64,000 bases of DNA, taken from an uncultured Rivularia sp. GTDB taxonomy: Bacteria > Cyanobacteriota > Cyanobacteriia > Cyanobacteriales > Nostocaceae. The notes below the pieces were generated by a model. That model did no database searches and was not told the origin of the DNA. It saw only the letters and a program-made list of their open reading frames with translations. Shown in pieces: positions 20,271 through 31,998 of this stretch. Position 1 is the first letter of the stretch. Every line of letters begins with the position of its first letter. The DNA is taken from NCBI GenBank assembly GCA_963665115.1, contig OY762007.1:6688001-6752000 (forward strand), in the 5' to 3' direction. Both the position numbers and the translations under genes were made by a program.

Positions 20271-21923
20271 CTATTTGGTCTTAAAAGAATTCAGCCATTG
20301 CTGTACTTGAGTTTTGGCAATATCGCGAGAGCCAAGTCCGAAAGAAAGGGCAATAGCAACCGCTAAAGCACCCAACAACAGACCAAAAGCTAAATTAACG
20401 ATATCGGGAGCAACACCAATTTGTTGTAATGCCATCGCCGAAACTAAGACGATAATGGCAATTCTTGCTACCTGACCTAAAATTCGAGCTTGAGCATTAC
20501 CCGAACTGGTGATGATGCTGAATGCTAAATTCGCTAAGAATAAACCAACAGCAAATACTACCAATCCAGATAAAATTCGTCCCAAAATAATCGTGATACC
20601 TGTTACCAGTGCTGTTAAAGCTGGAATATTCAGGATATCAATCGCGGATATTGCTGCAAACAGCATAATGCCAATAAAGGCAATGAAGCCGACGATTTCT
20701 GATGGGGTACGAGATGTTGCAGAAGGAACTTGTTCTCCAGTCGCGTCATATACTTCTCTTCTAGCAGGTGCGGGTAAACCCAGAATAGAGAAAATATTGT
20801 TGAAACCGATGCTGGTGAGGATGTTTGTTACCAACTCCGATACAAATCTTCCTAAGAAATAGGCAACAGTTAGAATTGCCCCTGCGGTGAAGATTAAAGG
20901 TATAGCGTTGAGAATCTGTTGCAGCATTGCAATTGCAGGTACCGAGATAGCCTGAATTTGCAAAGTATTCAGCGCTGCGATCGCAACAGGAATCAAAATT
21001 AGGACGTAGACAATCGTACCTAAAATCGAAGATAAAGACTGTCCGCTTGTGGAAGCTTGAGAAAGCCCAAACCGGCTTCCTAAATGGTCAACTCCAGTTG
21101 TAGCAAGCAGATTAGTTACAATTCGACGAACAATATTAGCTGCAAACCAGCCAACTGCACCGATAATTACTGCTCCTAAAATATTGGGCAGAATTGCCAG
21201 AATTTCGGAGACTAAAGCGTTTATAGGTCCTAAAGCCTGTCGTAAGCCTAAAGTATCCAAAACTGGCATCAAGAACAGTAAAAAGATGAACCAGTAAAGA
21301 GCAGTACCGATAGTCTGTGAAATCGAAAGCTGATTAGTACTACCAGCTTCTCTATCCTGCTGCGAGTTTAAACGTTCGTCTACGTTAAAAGCATTGAGAG
21401 CATTGACTACCAATGTCTTTACTAAAGTTGCTACCAACCAAGCAGCCCCTAAAAGGATAGCTGCTCCCAACAACTTAGGTAAGAATTCCCCAATCTGATT
21501 AAGAAAAGAATTCAGCGGTTGAGAAGCTACCCGTAGCTGTAACGTATCTAAAACCGCACCAATGGTAAACAGCAGAACGATCCAATACACCAAGCTGCCA
21601 AGAAATTTCTCAACTTGCAGAGAGTCAGTACCTGTTAATCCAGAAGCAATACGGTTATCGATATTAGTGCGATTAAGCAGCCCTTGGACTATTTTTTTTG
21701 CCAAAGAAGCAATCAGCCAACCAACAAGCAGAATTGCAACCGCACCCAGCAAGCGAGGCAATAAGTCTATTACTTGTGCAAAAGCATTCTGAGCAGTATT
21801 TTGAACTTCCCTTGCTGCTTGATTTGCTTCTAATGAAGGCGACGATTGTGCCAAAATTGTCCCTATTCTTATTGACAGATCCGCACCCGCTACTTGGGTT
21901 ATATCTTGCCAAGTTGAAATCAT
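20271..21923 (-). CDS. CmpX-like multi-TM (TM_helix repeat) mechanosensitive-channel-related protein
   Basis: Repeated LP.LLGA..IL..GW..A units; C-terminal ALSFGLGSRD. Confidence 0.8.
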   Translation of the reverse strand: MISTWQDITQVAGADLSIRIGTILAQSSPSLEANQAAREVQNTAQNAFAQVIDLLPRLLGAVAILLVGWLIASLAKKIVQGLLNRTNIDNRIASGLTGTDSLQVEKFLGSLVYWIVLLFTIGAVLDTLQLRVASQPLNSFLNQIGEFLPKLLGAAILLGAAWLVATLVKTLVVNALNAFNVDERLNSQQDREAGSTNQLSISQTIGTALYWFIFLLFLMPVLDTLGLRQALGPINALVSEILAILPNILGAVIIGAVGWFAANIVRRIVTNLLATTGVDHLGSRFGLSQASTSGQSLSSILGTIVYVLILIPVAIAALNTLQIQAISVPAIAMLQQILNAIPLIFTAGAILTVAYFLGRFVSELVTNILTSIGFNNIFSILGLPAPARREVYDATGEQVPSATSRTPSEIVGFIAFIGIMLFAAISAIDILNIPALTALVTGITIILGRILSGLVVFAVGLFLANLAFSIITSSGNAQARILGQVARIAIIVLVSAMALQQIGVAPDIVNLAFGLLLGALAVAIALSFGLGSRDIAKTQVQQWLNSFKTK

Positions 21924-22273
21924 GGTTTTCCAGTTTTAAAGTTTACTGTTATTGCGAAAAACACCTTAGATGTAATGGTGGTTTATTGCCTGAAACAATA
22001 CCATACCCTGACAACTTCGTTTATGTTTTGCAACTTAATTTACCAGTAAATCTTACAAATAATTTATATCAAGGATATTTTTTACTTTTTTTTATTCTTA
22101 TTTACTTTTTTTCCCAAAAAACTAATTTAAATAATTCACAACTACTGATAATAATGTATGTTTATATACTTTCAAGCAAAATATCAAGTAATTCGTAGTA
22201 TTGCTAAAAGGCTTACTAAGAACTGGTTATTTTAAGTTAATCTAATTGCGGAGATGACACGTCTAAATTTGAA

Positions 22274-22726
22274 ATGCCCAACAAAGAAGTTTTTGAGCAA
22301 TCAATTGAAATTAATGCTACATCCACAGTAGTAGAACAATGTATCACAGAGCGCGTTTTAATGCATCGATGGTTAAATCCCGCTTTATGCTGCGAGCCGG
22401 TTGGAGATTGGAGTACGGAAGTCGGTAGTAAAAGTAAGTTTATTATTCAAATACCAGTAATAAAACCTACATTGATTAGTACAGTTGTGGAAAGAGAACC
22501 CGGTCTGATAGTGTGGGGTTTTGAGGGTTATTTTAAAGGATGCGACCGTTGGGAATGCCAGCCAACGAATAACGGAACTCATTTAGTGAATCGTTTTCAA
22601 TTCGAGATTCCTAACCCCATAGTCAGTTGGGGCTTCAAAACCTTCGCCGAGAAATTTACCAAACAAGATATGCAAGCACAATTGCGTCGTTTAAAGCGCG
22701 TCGCAGAGAGTATTGAGGTGCCGTGA
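22274..22726 (+). CDS. SRPBCC/polyketide-cyclase family protein
   Basis: FEQSIEINA...HRWLNP...QLRRLKRVAE. Confidence 0.75.
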   Translation: MPNKEVFEQSIEINATSTVVEQCITERVLMHRWLNPALCCEPVGDWSTEVGSKSKFIIQIPVIKPTLISTVVEREPGLIVWGFEGYFKGCDRWECQPTNNGTHLVNRFQFEIPNPIVSWGFKTFAEKFTKQDMQAQLRRLKRVAESIEVP

Positions 22727-22817
22727 TAGGGAGATAAGGGGATGGGGAGATGGGGAGACAAGGGGACAAGGGGACAAGGGGACAAGGAGAATTTTGACCT
22801 TTAACCTTTAACCTTAG

Positions 22818-23643
22818 TCACTGACTTTTCCCCAATTTCGCCAGCAGGTGCCGAATGGTGGAAGCATCTTGTGCGTCAGGAACTTGTAGTAAATAGGATT
22901 TTAAGTCATCTGCGGCTTGGTTGAAGCGTCCGGTTTGATAGGATAATAAACCGCGATCGCGCAATTCTAATGTTGCACTGGGAAATAATAGTAAAATCCT
23001 CTCGACACAGAATAAAGCTTTTTCTGATTCGTGTTGCTTTAGATAAATATATTTGAGGTTAGTCAGCATTCTTGCTAAAAATTGCTTTTTAGCGATTGGT
23101 GCTAAAAATTCTGGCTGTAGTGTGATGTTTTGCTGATAAATTTGACTTAAGCGTTGCTGGCAGTCTTGGGGAAACATTACTTCGCCATTGTTAAAAGCAT
23201 CTACATAGATTTCCATTTCCGAAATATCTGGACGAATCAGAAAATGTCCCGGCATTCCTATACCTATCATCGGGAAATCTATACGACGGGCAATTTCTAT
23301 ATAAAGTAATGCTAGAGTAATCGGAATTCCGACTCTACGCTCTATGACATCGTTTAAAAAACTGTTTCGCGGGTCATAATAATCTTGATTGTTACCTGTA
23401 AAGTTTAAATCATCATAAAGATATTTATTAATGGATTGAATAATCTTTAAGGGATATTTTTCTACTGGCAAGCGTTTCTTCTAATTCGATTGCCATTGCA
23501 TCAAGTGCATTCAAATATTCATCTATATCTAATTCGGAATATTCCTCTTGAGCGATGTATAAAGCTGCCTTTGCTAAGTCAATATACTCGTCAGGCTGCT
23601 GAATCTCATGATGAAAAAATTGTCGCGCTGACGATAAATTCAT
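22818..23643 (-). CDS. SirB1-family transglutaminase-like/TPR protein; frameshifted at ~23476
   Basis: GN..DYYDPRNSFLN.VIERR.GIPITL, GMPGHFL, ELRDRGL; removing one base in ttt 23475-23477 gives ELEERLPVEKYP. Confidence 0.85.
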
Positions 23644-24672
23644 AAATTTTAATTCTGCGAAACTTCTAATATTATTGATTTAAATCTATAAAGAAATATA
23701 CCTTATAGAATTATCAATGCAGGATTTAGCCGTGAAGTGCCTAAATCTATTTTTTAAATGATAAGAAAATTTTTTAATCCACACAAGTAGTACAAATTCT
23801 CTGTCTTGAGGATGGTTTGGAGCAATTATTTTCGTGAGACAGTGAGAATACAGATAAAATTCATGAGTATTCGTAGTATATCGTACTGTGAATAGCGAAC
23901 GTGAAGAAGTAATTAACCATGTTTTGAATTCAAAATTAAAAATACAAAATTACAATATTAATTTGTAATTATTTAATTAAGGATACAAGCCTCTCCTTTG
24001 AAGGAGAAAAAGATAAAAGAATTATTATGCCGCTTCAAGCCTCAGAGTTTAGGTAATGGTGGTTTTTAATTTTTAATTGATAATTTTGAATTGTTTTGAC
24101 CTTGGTTCAAATATTCTAGATGTTTACATTACTTATCTACGCAAATATTTAGGCAGCGAATTGATTGAAACTGTCAGAGGTATGGGCTATAGCTAACGAA
24201 GATAATATTATTTGAGAAAAGTTATTTATTTATAATTGAATTATGCGATCTTATCATCTAGAAGTAACTTAAAAAGCTTGACTTTCAGCAGAGATTTATT
24301 AAAATTGATTCGGGATGTATGAATATTGGGTGCATAAATGGAATTAAATATTGCTATAGTAGGTGGTTTATAAACCTACGACTATGACTAAATTTTAATC
24401 ATAAACATTCTTCTTGTGTTTGACTAAGGTTTATGGAGGAGAGTATTTACAGGCTTTCTTTATAATCAAGTTTCAATATATATATTTAAGAGGATGTGCC
24501 CTAAAGTAAGTTTTGATATCTGTTCTTTTTACCGCAAGGTATTTGAGAAGGGCAGGGCATAACATCTACCCGAGTTATTCATGACGAATTATTTTGAGAT
24601 AAAACATCATCCGCTTACGGCATTCTTTCCTTGGTAAGGAGAGGATTTGGATGAGGTAAAGCAATAATTTTA

Positions 24673-24795
24673 GGGAGCATCCCGTTGTTGCAAAAGTATA
24701 TCTACAGTCATTCCAATTAATTGATAAGTGTGGAAGCCGAACAACTGCCTGATGTTGTTACGACAAAAATAAGTTTGCACTTTTGGAATGTTCCC
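24673..24795. mobile_element. Degenerate MITE-like element
   Basis: Imperfect terminal inverted repeat gggagcatccc..ttgcaaa / tttgcac..ggaatgttccc. Confidence 0.35.
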
Positions 24796-25065
24796 GAAAT
24801 AGACGCTATTCAACGGAATTGATATAATAACGAGCGTTTATCCTTATGGAAGGTTGAACATATTCGCTGTCGATAACGAATTCTAGTAAATATTTAATCC
24901 TCGTTCAAAACTTATAAATTTTAAATTTATAGGGCAATATTCCATTCTTTTATAGATCGTAGTGGGAACCGAACATCTCGCTATATATGTCTAGGGAACT
25001 GTTCGCCTTCCAATTTATAGAGACAGAAACTTTCGTCTAAATTATATTATTGAGAGATATATCAA

Positions 25066-25959
25066 GTGGAAAACAGTAAATCTTTTCTTATACCGCATAA
25101 ATATTTTTTTGCTTTGCTTCTCTTTACTGCTACTTTATGTTTGAGTTTAGTCGCTCCAGCAAATTTAAATTTATTACACGTATTAGGTATAAATAAACCG
25201 AAATTAAACATTGTTGATGCTTCCTCAAATAGTCAGCAGCAATTTGTGAAATTTCAAACCGCAATGGAGAAAACTTTAAACGAGCAGTTAAAAAGACAAA
25301 GCTTACTTTCTGCTGCTCCATCTAGTTTTAATGGAAAGGTTATTTATGAAATTAAACCTGTTGGAAATAAAAAAGTTATTGCCTTAACTTTTGATGATGG
25401 TCCTTGGAAAAAGACTACTCAACAGACATTAGATATATTGAAAAAAAATAATATTAAGGCAACATTTTTTGTCGTTGGTAGCGCTCTACAAAATCATCCT
25501 CAACTAGGAAAGCAGATAATAGCTGAAGGGCACGCCATAGCCAATCATACTTGGAATCATTGGTATCATTTCATGAATCCCCGAGCTGCTGCGATGGAAA
25601 TTGATCGAACAAGCGATTTAATTTATAAAGTGACTGGAGTTAAAACAAACTTATTTCGTCCACCAGGAGGACATTTAAGTAATGGCTTAGTTGCTCATGC
25701 TAAAAGAAACAAATATGCGACTTTGATGTGGTCTGCTGATTCTCGCGACTTCCAAAGACCTGCACCTGCGACAATGGTCAATACTGTGTTAAAAAACTCA
25801 CGTCCGGGTGGCATCATATTACTACATGATGGCGGTGGCGATCGCACTAACACAATAAAAGCTTTGCCTCAGATAATCGCTAAATTAAAGCAGCAAGGTT
25901 ATAGCTTCGTAACTATCCCCGAACTTTTAGAATTAGAAGAAAAAAAGAAGAAGAATTAG
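25066..25959 (+). CDS. Polysaccharide deacetylase (NodB/CE4)
   Basis: ALTFDDGP, NHTWNH, FRPPGG, ILLHDGGG. Confidence 0.92.
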   Translation: MENSKSFLIPHKYFFALLLFTATLCLSLVAPANLNLLHVLGINKPKLNIVDASSNSQQQFVKFQTAMEKTLNEQLKRQSLLSAAPSSFNGKVIYEIKPVGNKKVIALTFDDGPWKKTTQQTLDILKKNNIKATFFVVGSALQNHPQLGKQIIAEGHAIANHTWNHWYHFMNPRAAAMEIDRTSDLIYKVTGVKTNLFRPPGGHLSNGLVAHAKRNKYATLMWSADSRDFQRPAPATMVNTVLKNSRPGGIILLHDGGGDRTNTIKALPQIIAKLKQQGYSFVTIPELLELEEKKKKN

Positions 25960-26018
25960 GAAAGAGGGAGTAGAGGGAAGAGTTAAAAGTTAGTAATTTT
26001 ATTTCTACCCCCTATCCC

Positions 26019-27056
26019 CTATTCCCTATTCTCTTCACCTCCGAGAACAAAATTGGTAGAGCCATCTTGAGACGGATAAAAATCTTTATACCACCGGACA
26101 AATTTTTCAATTCCTTCCTCAATAGTTGTAGTCGGTTTGAATCCTACATCCTGGATTAATTCGTCAACATCTGCATAAGTACGGGGAACATCTCCGGGCT
26201 GCATCGGTAAAAAATTCTTTTGGGCTTCTTTACCCATTGCTTGTTCAATTACTTTAATAAAGGTCAATAACTCTACAGGCTTATTATTTCCAATATTATA
26301 AATTTTATAGCTAGCATTACTATGTTCTTTATTAATATATGGTTTTGGAGGTTGATGTATAACTCTGACAACACCTTCAATAACATCATCAATATAAGTA
26401 AAATCTCGCTGCATTTTACCGTAATTGAATATATTTATCGGCTCCGAATGTTCAATTGCTCTAACAAATTTGAAATAAGCCATATCAGGTCTGCCCCAAG
26501 GACCATATACTGTAAAAAAGCGCAATCCAGTAATAGGTAAACCGTACAAATGGCTGTAAGAATGTGCCATTAACTCGTTAGCTTTTTTAGTAGCAGCATA
26601 CAGTGAAACGGGATTATCTACATTATCGCTGACGGAGAAAGGAATTTTAGCATTCGTACCATAAACCGAACTAGACGAAGCAAAAACAAGATGTTGTGGT
26701 TGACTGTGACGACAAGCTTCGAGGATATTTGCAAACCCTACTAAATTAGTATCGACATAAGCGAAAGGATTTTCTAGTGAATAGCGTACCCCTGCTTGAG
26801 CAGCAAGATTAACTACACAATTAAAATCTTGCTCTTGAAAAAGTTGTAAAATTTCTTCGCGGTTGTTTAAATCTAAATGTTGAAATTGGAAATTAGTACT
26901 TGGTGTTAACTGTGCCAAACGAGCTTTTTTTAAATTAACATCATAATAATCGTTGAGATTATCAATTCCGTATACTTTTTCGCCATCTGCAAGCAATCTT
27001 TGTGCTAAATGGTATCCAATAAAACCTGCAACTCCAGTTATTAAAATTTTCATCAA
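26019..27056 (-). CDS. NAD-dependent epimerase (UDP-glucuronate 4-epimerase-like)
   Basis: GVAGFIG, LAAQAGVRYS, YAATKK, GPWGRPDMA. Confidence 0.92.
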   Translation of the reverse strand: MMKILITGVAGFIGYHLAQRLLADGEKVYGIDNLNDYYDVNLKKARLAQLTPSTNFQFQHLDLNNREEILQLFQEQDFNCVVNLAAQAGVRYSLENPFAYVDTNLVGFANILEACRHSQPQHLVFASSSSVYGTNAKIPFSVSDNVDNPVSLYAATKKANELMAHSYSHLYGLPITGLRFFTVYGPWGRPDMAYFKFVRAIEHSEPINIFNYGKMQRDFTYIDDVIEGVVRVIHQPPKPYINKEHSNASYKIYNIGNNKPVELLTFIKVIEQAMGKEAQKNFLPMQPGDVPRTYADVDELIQDVGFKPTTTIEEGIEKFVRWYKDFYPSQDGSTNFVLGGEENRE

Positions 27057-27132
27057 AATTCTCCGATTAAATAATATTGTTGTATAAATGATAAATCTGG
27101 GAGTGGGGAGTGGTAAAGAAAATTATTAACCG

Positions 27133-27288
27133 CTACCACTGACTAATCCTAACTCCTCTATTGAACGCTTGTAATATACCGCAATCGCTGTTGGGTTGAA
27201 TTTCTATTGCAGCCCCGATTAAAGCGCGAATGGTGCCACCTTGACTTACTGCTAAAATAGTTAGATTTGGATGATAATGAATTATTAA
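27133..27288 (-). pseudogene. Possible histidine-phosphatase (PGM-family) gene remnant
   Basis: Translates as HHPNLTILAVSQGGTIRALIG-like text, resembling the ILVVSHGGTIRAL motif; interrupted by a MITE. Confidence 0.3.
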
Positions 27289-27409
27289 CTGAAATCTTGC
27301 ACCATTCTCAACAAGCCCAAAAAAACTCGGTTTCTTTTTGTGAAAGCATGATTTTTTCGTTGTGCAACGAGCAAGAAACCCGGCTTCTGACATTGCTGCA
27401 AGATGTGAA
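27289..27409. mobile_element. MITE-like element flanked by a TTATTAA duplication
   Basis: TIR core atcttgca / tgcaagat; ttattaa at 27282-27288 and 27410-27416; internal cggtttct / agaaacccgg arms. Confidence 0.55.
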
Positions 27410-28592
27410 TTATTAATAGAATCTGTATAATAATCCAGTTGGATTTTTTAATAATTCGTCAGGAGGGAGAATAGGAAATGTTGCCAGACAATAAACTAGG
27501 TTCTTCAGTCGTTAGTATGCTAGATAATAGGTAAGTAATCTTCTGCAAGACTTGCTGTGAAGGGACTCCTCCTTCGGGATTAATATTATTTTCTAATATT
27601 CTTCTTTTCCCCGTTCCCTGTTCCCTTTTTTGATATTTAGTAAGCACAGCAAGTAACTAAGAAGCATAAATTAGAGGTATAGCCATAAAAGTATAAAAAT
27701 ATATAATCAGCCTCTAGGAGGAGGGCAAAAATTATAATTAGTCTTTATAAAAATCTTTAATTGAACTCAGCTAAGGTACAAAAAATAATCTTTGAGAAAA
27801 TAATAATAAACTGTTTAATTTTGCGGAATCTTATCGGGAGGATGTGATGGAGATAGTAAGTGAAATGGCATGGCGCATGCTCTCTTTGGGATATAGCAAA
27901 GAGAGCTATTTTCTTTTCTAAGGGAATAATTACTTGTATATAAATTTTATCCGAGCTATACAGATAAGAGTGAAAACCCAGTTTTCGAGTAAAAGCGAAT
28001 TTTTTAAATCTCACTCAATTGATGATTCAGCAGTACTGCACAATTTGATGATGGCGATCGCCCTCAACTGCATTGATGTCTGCAATTATATGACTGATAT
28101 AACTTCTTATTAACCAAAGTTCCAAGACTCTACCCTTATCCCCCCTACGGATTGCGCCACTTCCTCGTGCTGCGGGAGACGACCTACGAGAGTGGCTTAG
28201 CATCTTCCCCGATCCCACTTCCGAATGTTGCTCAAATTAAGCCTAAAAATCGCCCCGTTCGGTGCTAATCTTGAAGATGACATCGCTTAATTTTAACTTT
28301 CTCGACTTTCATCTCAGACTACGCTTACGAGTGAGGTATGAGATAAAAGCCGAATCGAAGTTCATGGTAAAATTCTGGATGGATGTAGGTGTAATCCAAA
28401 TTAAATGTAGAAATGCAGCCTACAATCAGACCCAGAATATTTTTTGTAAATCAAAAGTCCCGCTTGACGTAGGGCTTTAGGCTTATTTCTCAGTTAATGT
28501 CATCATCGATGAGTCACTGAGAAGCCTGCACTTTCCTGACGGATAAGCGTAGGTATGTCACAGTCTCTACAGTTCTAATAGTGAAAATATAG

Positions 28593-30065
<1,473 letters not shown>

Positions 30066-30122
30066 AGATTAGTTGTTAGTTGTTAGTGGATAGTGGTTAG
30101 TGGGAGCCGAACAGCTCCCTAT

Positions 30123-30240
30123 TAGCAAGCGACCAAGATGGTACTAATTAACTACCAAGATGGTAGTAGCAAGCGATCAAGATGGTACTAATTAACTACC
30201 AAGATGGTAGTAGCAAGCGACCAAGATGGTCGCACTACTA
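30123..30240. repeat. 44-bp tandem repeat (about 2.5 copies)
   Basis: tagcaagcgaccaagatggtactaattaactaccaagatggtag starting at 30123, 30167 and (partial) 30211. Confidence 0.85.
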
Positions 30241-30322
30241 ACTATTAACTATATGTTTGTTACTTAAAATGACTACAACTAACAACTAACAACTAACAAC
30301 TATCTACTAACAACTAGCAATT

Positions 30323-30736
30323 ATGACATTAACCGTTCGTGTAATCTCCCCAGATAAAACAGTCTGGGATTCAACGGCTGAAGAAGTCGTTTTACCAAGC
30401 ACTACCGGACAACTTGGTATACTTACCGGACACGCACCAATCTTAAGCGCATTAGATACAGGTGTAATGCGAGTGCGTGCCGATAGCAATCAAAATTGGG
30501 TAGCGATCGCCCTTTCTGGTGGCTTTGCAGAAGTCGAAGATGATGAAGTCACAATTTTGGTTAATGGTGCCGAGCAGGGTGATTCAATTAACCTTGAAGA
30601 AGCCCGTACTGCTTTCAACGAAGCTCAAACTCGTTTGAATCAGGTAGCGCAAGGGGACAGACAAGCCCAAATAAAAGCAACCCAAACCTACAAACGCACC
30701 CGCGCTCGCTTTCAAGCCGCTGGTGGTATGGTTTAA
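30323..30736 (+). CDS. atpC: F0F1 ATP synthase epsilon subunit
   Basis: [22 protein letters not shown]; directly follows atpD. Confidence 0.98.
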   Translation: MTLTVRVISPDKTVWDSTAEEVVLPSTTGQLGILTGHAPILSALDTGVMRVRADSNQNWVAIALSGGFAEVEDDEVTILVNGAEQGDSINLEEARTAFNEAQTRLNQVAQGDRQAQIKATQTYKRTRARFQAAGGMV

Positions 30737-30763
30737 ATATCTGCCTACTTGGAATTTAAATTA

Positions 30764-30798
30764 AAAACTCCTCCTTAGTGTTTATAAGGAGGAGTTTT
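30764..30798. terminator. Bidirectional intrinsic terminator
   Basis: 14-bp stem aaaactcctcctta / taaggaggagtttt between convergent genes. Confidence 0.8.
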
Positions 30799-30906
30799 AG
30801 TTTTTAGTGGATGGGGACAAGGAGAGGAATAACTTACTTGCTACTTGCTACTTGCTACTTGCTACTTGCTACTTTCTACTTGCTACTTGCTACTCCCCAC
30901 TCTCTT

Positions 30907-31899
30907 CTACTTAAACTCATACTGCAATTTAGGCATCAGTCGCTGTAAATTCTTCAACAATCTTGTTTGCCAAGTCTTAGTACTAGAACCGATAATGTTT
31001 ATCTGAACCGTCTTTTTCTTACGCGCAGTGATAATAAATTTTGATAGCATATCGATTCCAGAACTATTGATAAGTTCCAGGTTTTGTAAATCAAGAGTTA
31101 TTAAATTTTTGTTTCTTTCTAGTACTTTATCGAATAAATCAAAAACAACTGTATACTCTTGCAATCCCCGAAGCCTGACTCTACCAGTGAAGTTAACAGC
31201 CTTACTATTGTTATCATAAACAATATTAAAATGTTCGCCTTTAACTTCTAACGGCTCAATATTGGTTTCAGCTTCAGTCTCAGTTTCAGTTTCTTGGTTT
31301 AGCTGTTCGGTTTGTTGTAACATTAGACGCACTAAAGTAGTAACACTCATCACCAACGAACTTTGATCCACAGTTTGGAACTTCCAGCCTAATTTGGCTG
31401 AATAGTCATTGATTATGCTTAAAAAACCTAATCCAGAACTAGTGTTATCCTCTAATTCTAATTCCGCATTTTTTTCTAACTGCCGAATATAAAGCTCATC
31501 TGGATCTGAATTATCTAATTCATTAATAAATTCTTTTAACCTTTCTGCATTTGCGGGAATAATCGTATTTTCCAGGAAAAATCTGATTTCGTTAGATACC
31601 AGTTCTATATGAAAAGTGATAGGATATTCAGTCTGCTCGTTGCAATACTTCATCCCGTTTTCTAGTAATTCATTCGCGATGTAGCTAGCCGAACTTTTTA
31701 TGTCAGCTAAATACTCGTCATTTTCAGATTCATTATCATCAACGTTTAATAAAGTTGCCAGGTACTCAGCAATATAGTCAGCAGATAAACCATTATTGCG
31801 CCAACGTTCGCTAATTGATACCGAAGAAGGAGAGAATCCTAAAGTTAAATTTTCCTTTTTATGTGTTGATTCAACGAAGTCACCAAATACTTGCACCAC
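30907..31899 (-). CDS. Fusion of an Slr1658/SiaB-like HATPase-fold domain and an Slr1659-like STAS domain
   Basis: WRNNGLSADY, YIANELLEN, SSGLGFL in the N-terminal part; LELINSSGIDMLSKF in the C-terminal part; paralogous to 34410..35045 and 34006..34374. Confidence 0.8.
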   Translation of the reverse strand: MVQVFGDFVESTHKKENLTLGFSPSSVSISERWRNNGLSADYIAEYLATLLNVDDNESENDEYLADIKSSASYIANELLENGMKYCNEQTEYPITFHIELVSNEIRFFLENTIIPANAERLKEFINELDNSDPDELYIRQLEKNAELELEDNTSSGLGFLSIINDYSAKLGWKFQTVDQSSLVMSVTTLVRLMLQQTEQLNQETETETEAETNIEPLEVKGEHFNIVYDNNSKAVNFTGRVRLRGLQEYTVVFDLFDKVLERNKNLITLDLQNLELINSSGIDMLSKFIITARKKKTVQINIIGSSTKTWQTRLLKNLQRLMPKLQYEFK

Positions 31900-31998
31900 T
31901 GCTATATTTCCCTCCCTAATAAATTGTGGCTCTAACTATATTTTTCGATCGGCTTTAGTATAGATTTCGGCAAGTTGATAGCTTGTAACTACTAACTG

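Noticed and set aside
23644..25065. Hidden gene or ncRNA in the 1.4-kb intergenic gap
   Set aside because: Only AT-rich sequence, STRR-like arms and degenerate MITE/REP pieces were seen; nothing supportable
28240..28270. CIRCE element (GTGCTAA half-site) upstream of atpD
   Set aside because: The matching TTAGCACTC arm is absent and there is no groESL nearby
30123..30240. CRISPR array
   Set aside because: The units are identical tandem copies with no unique spacers
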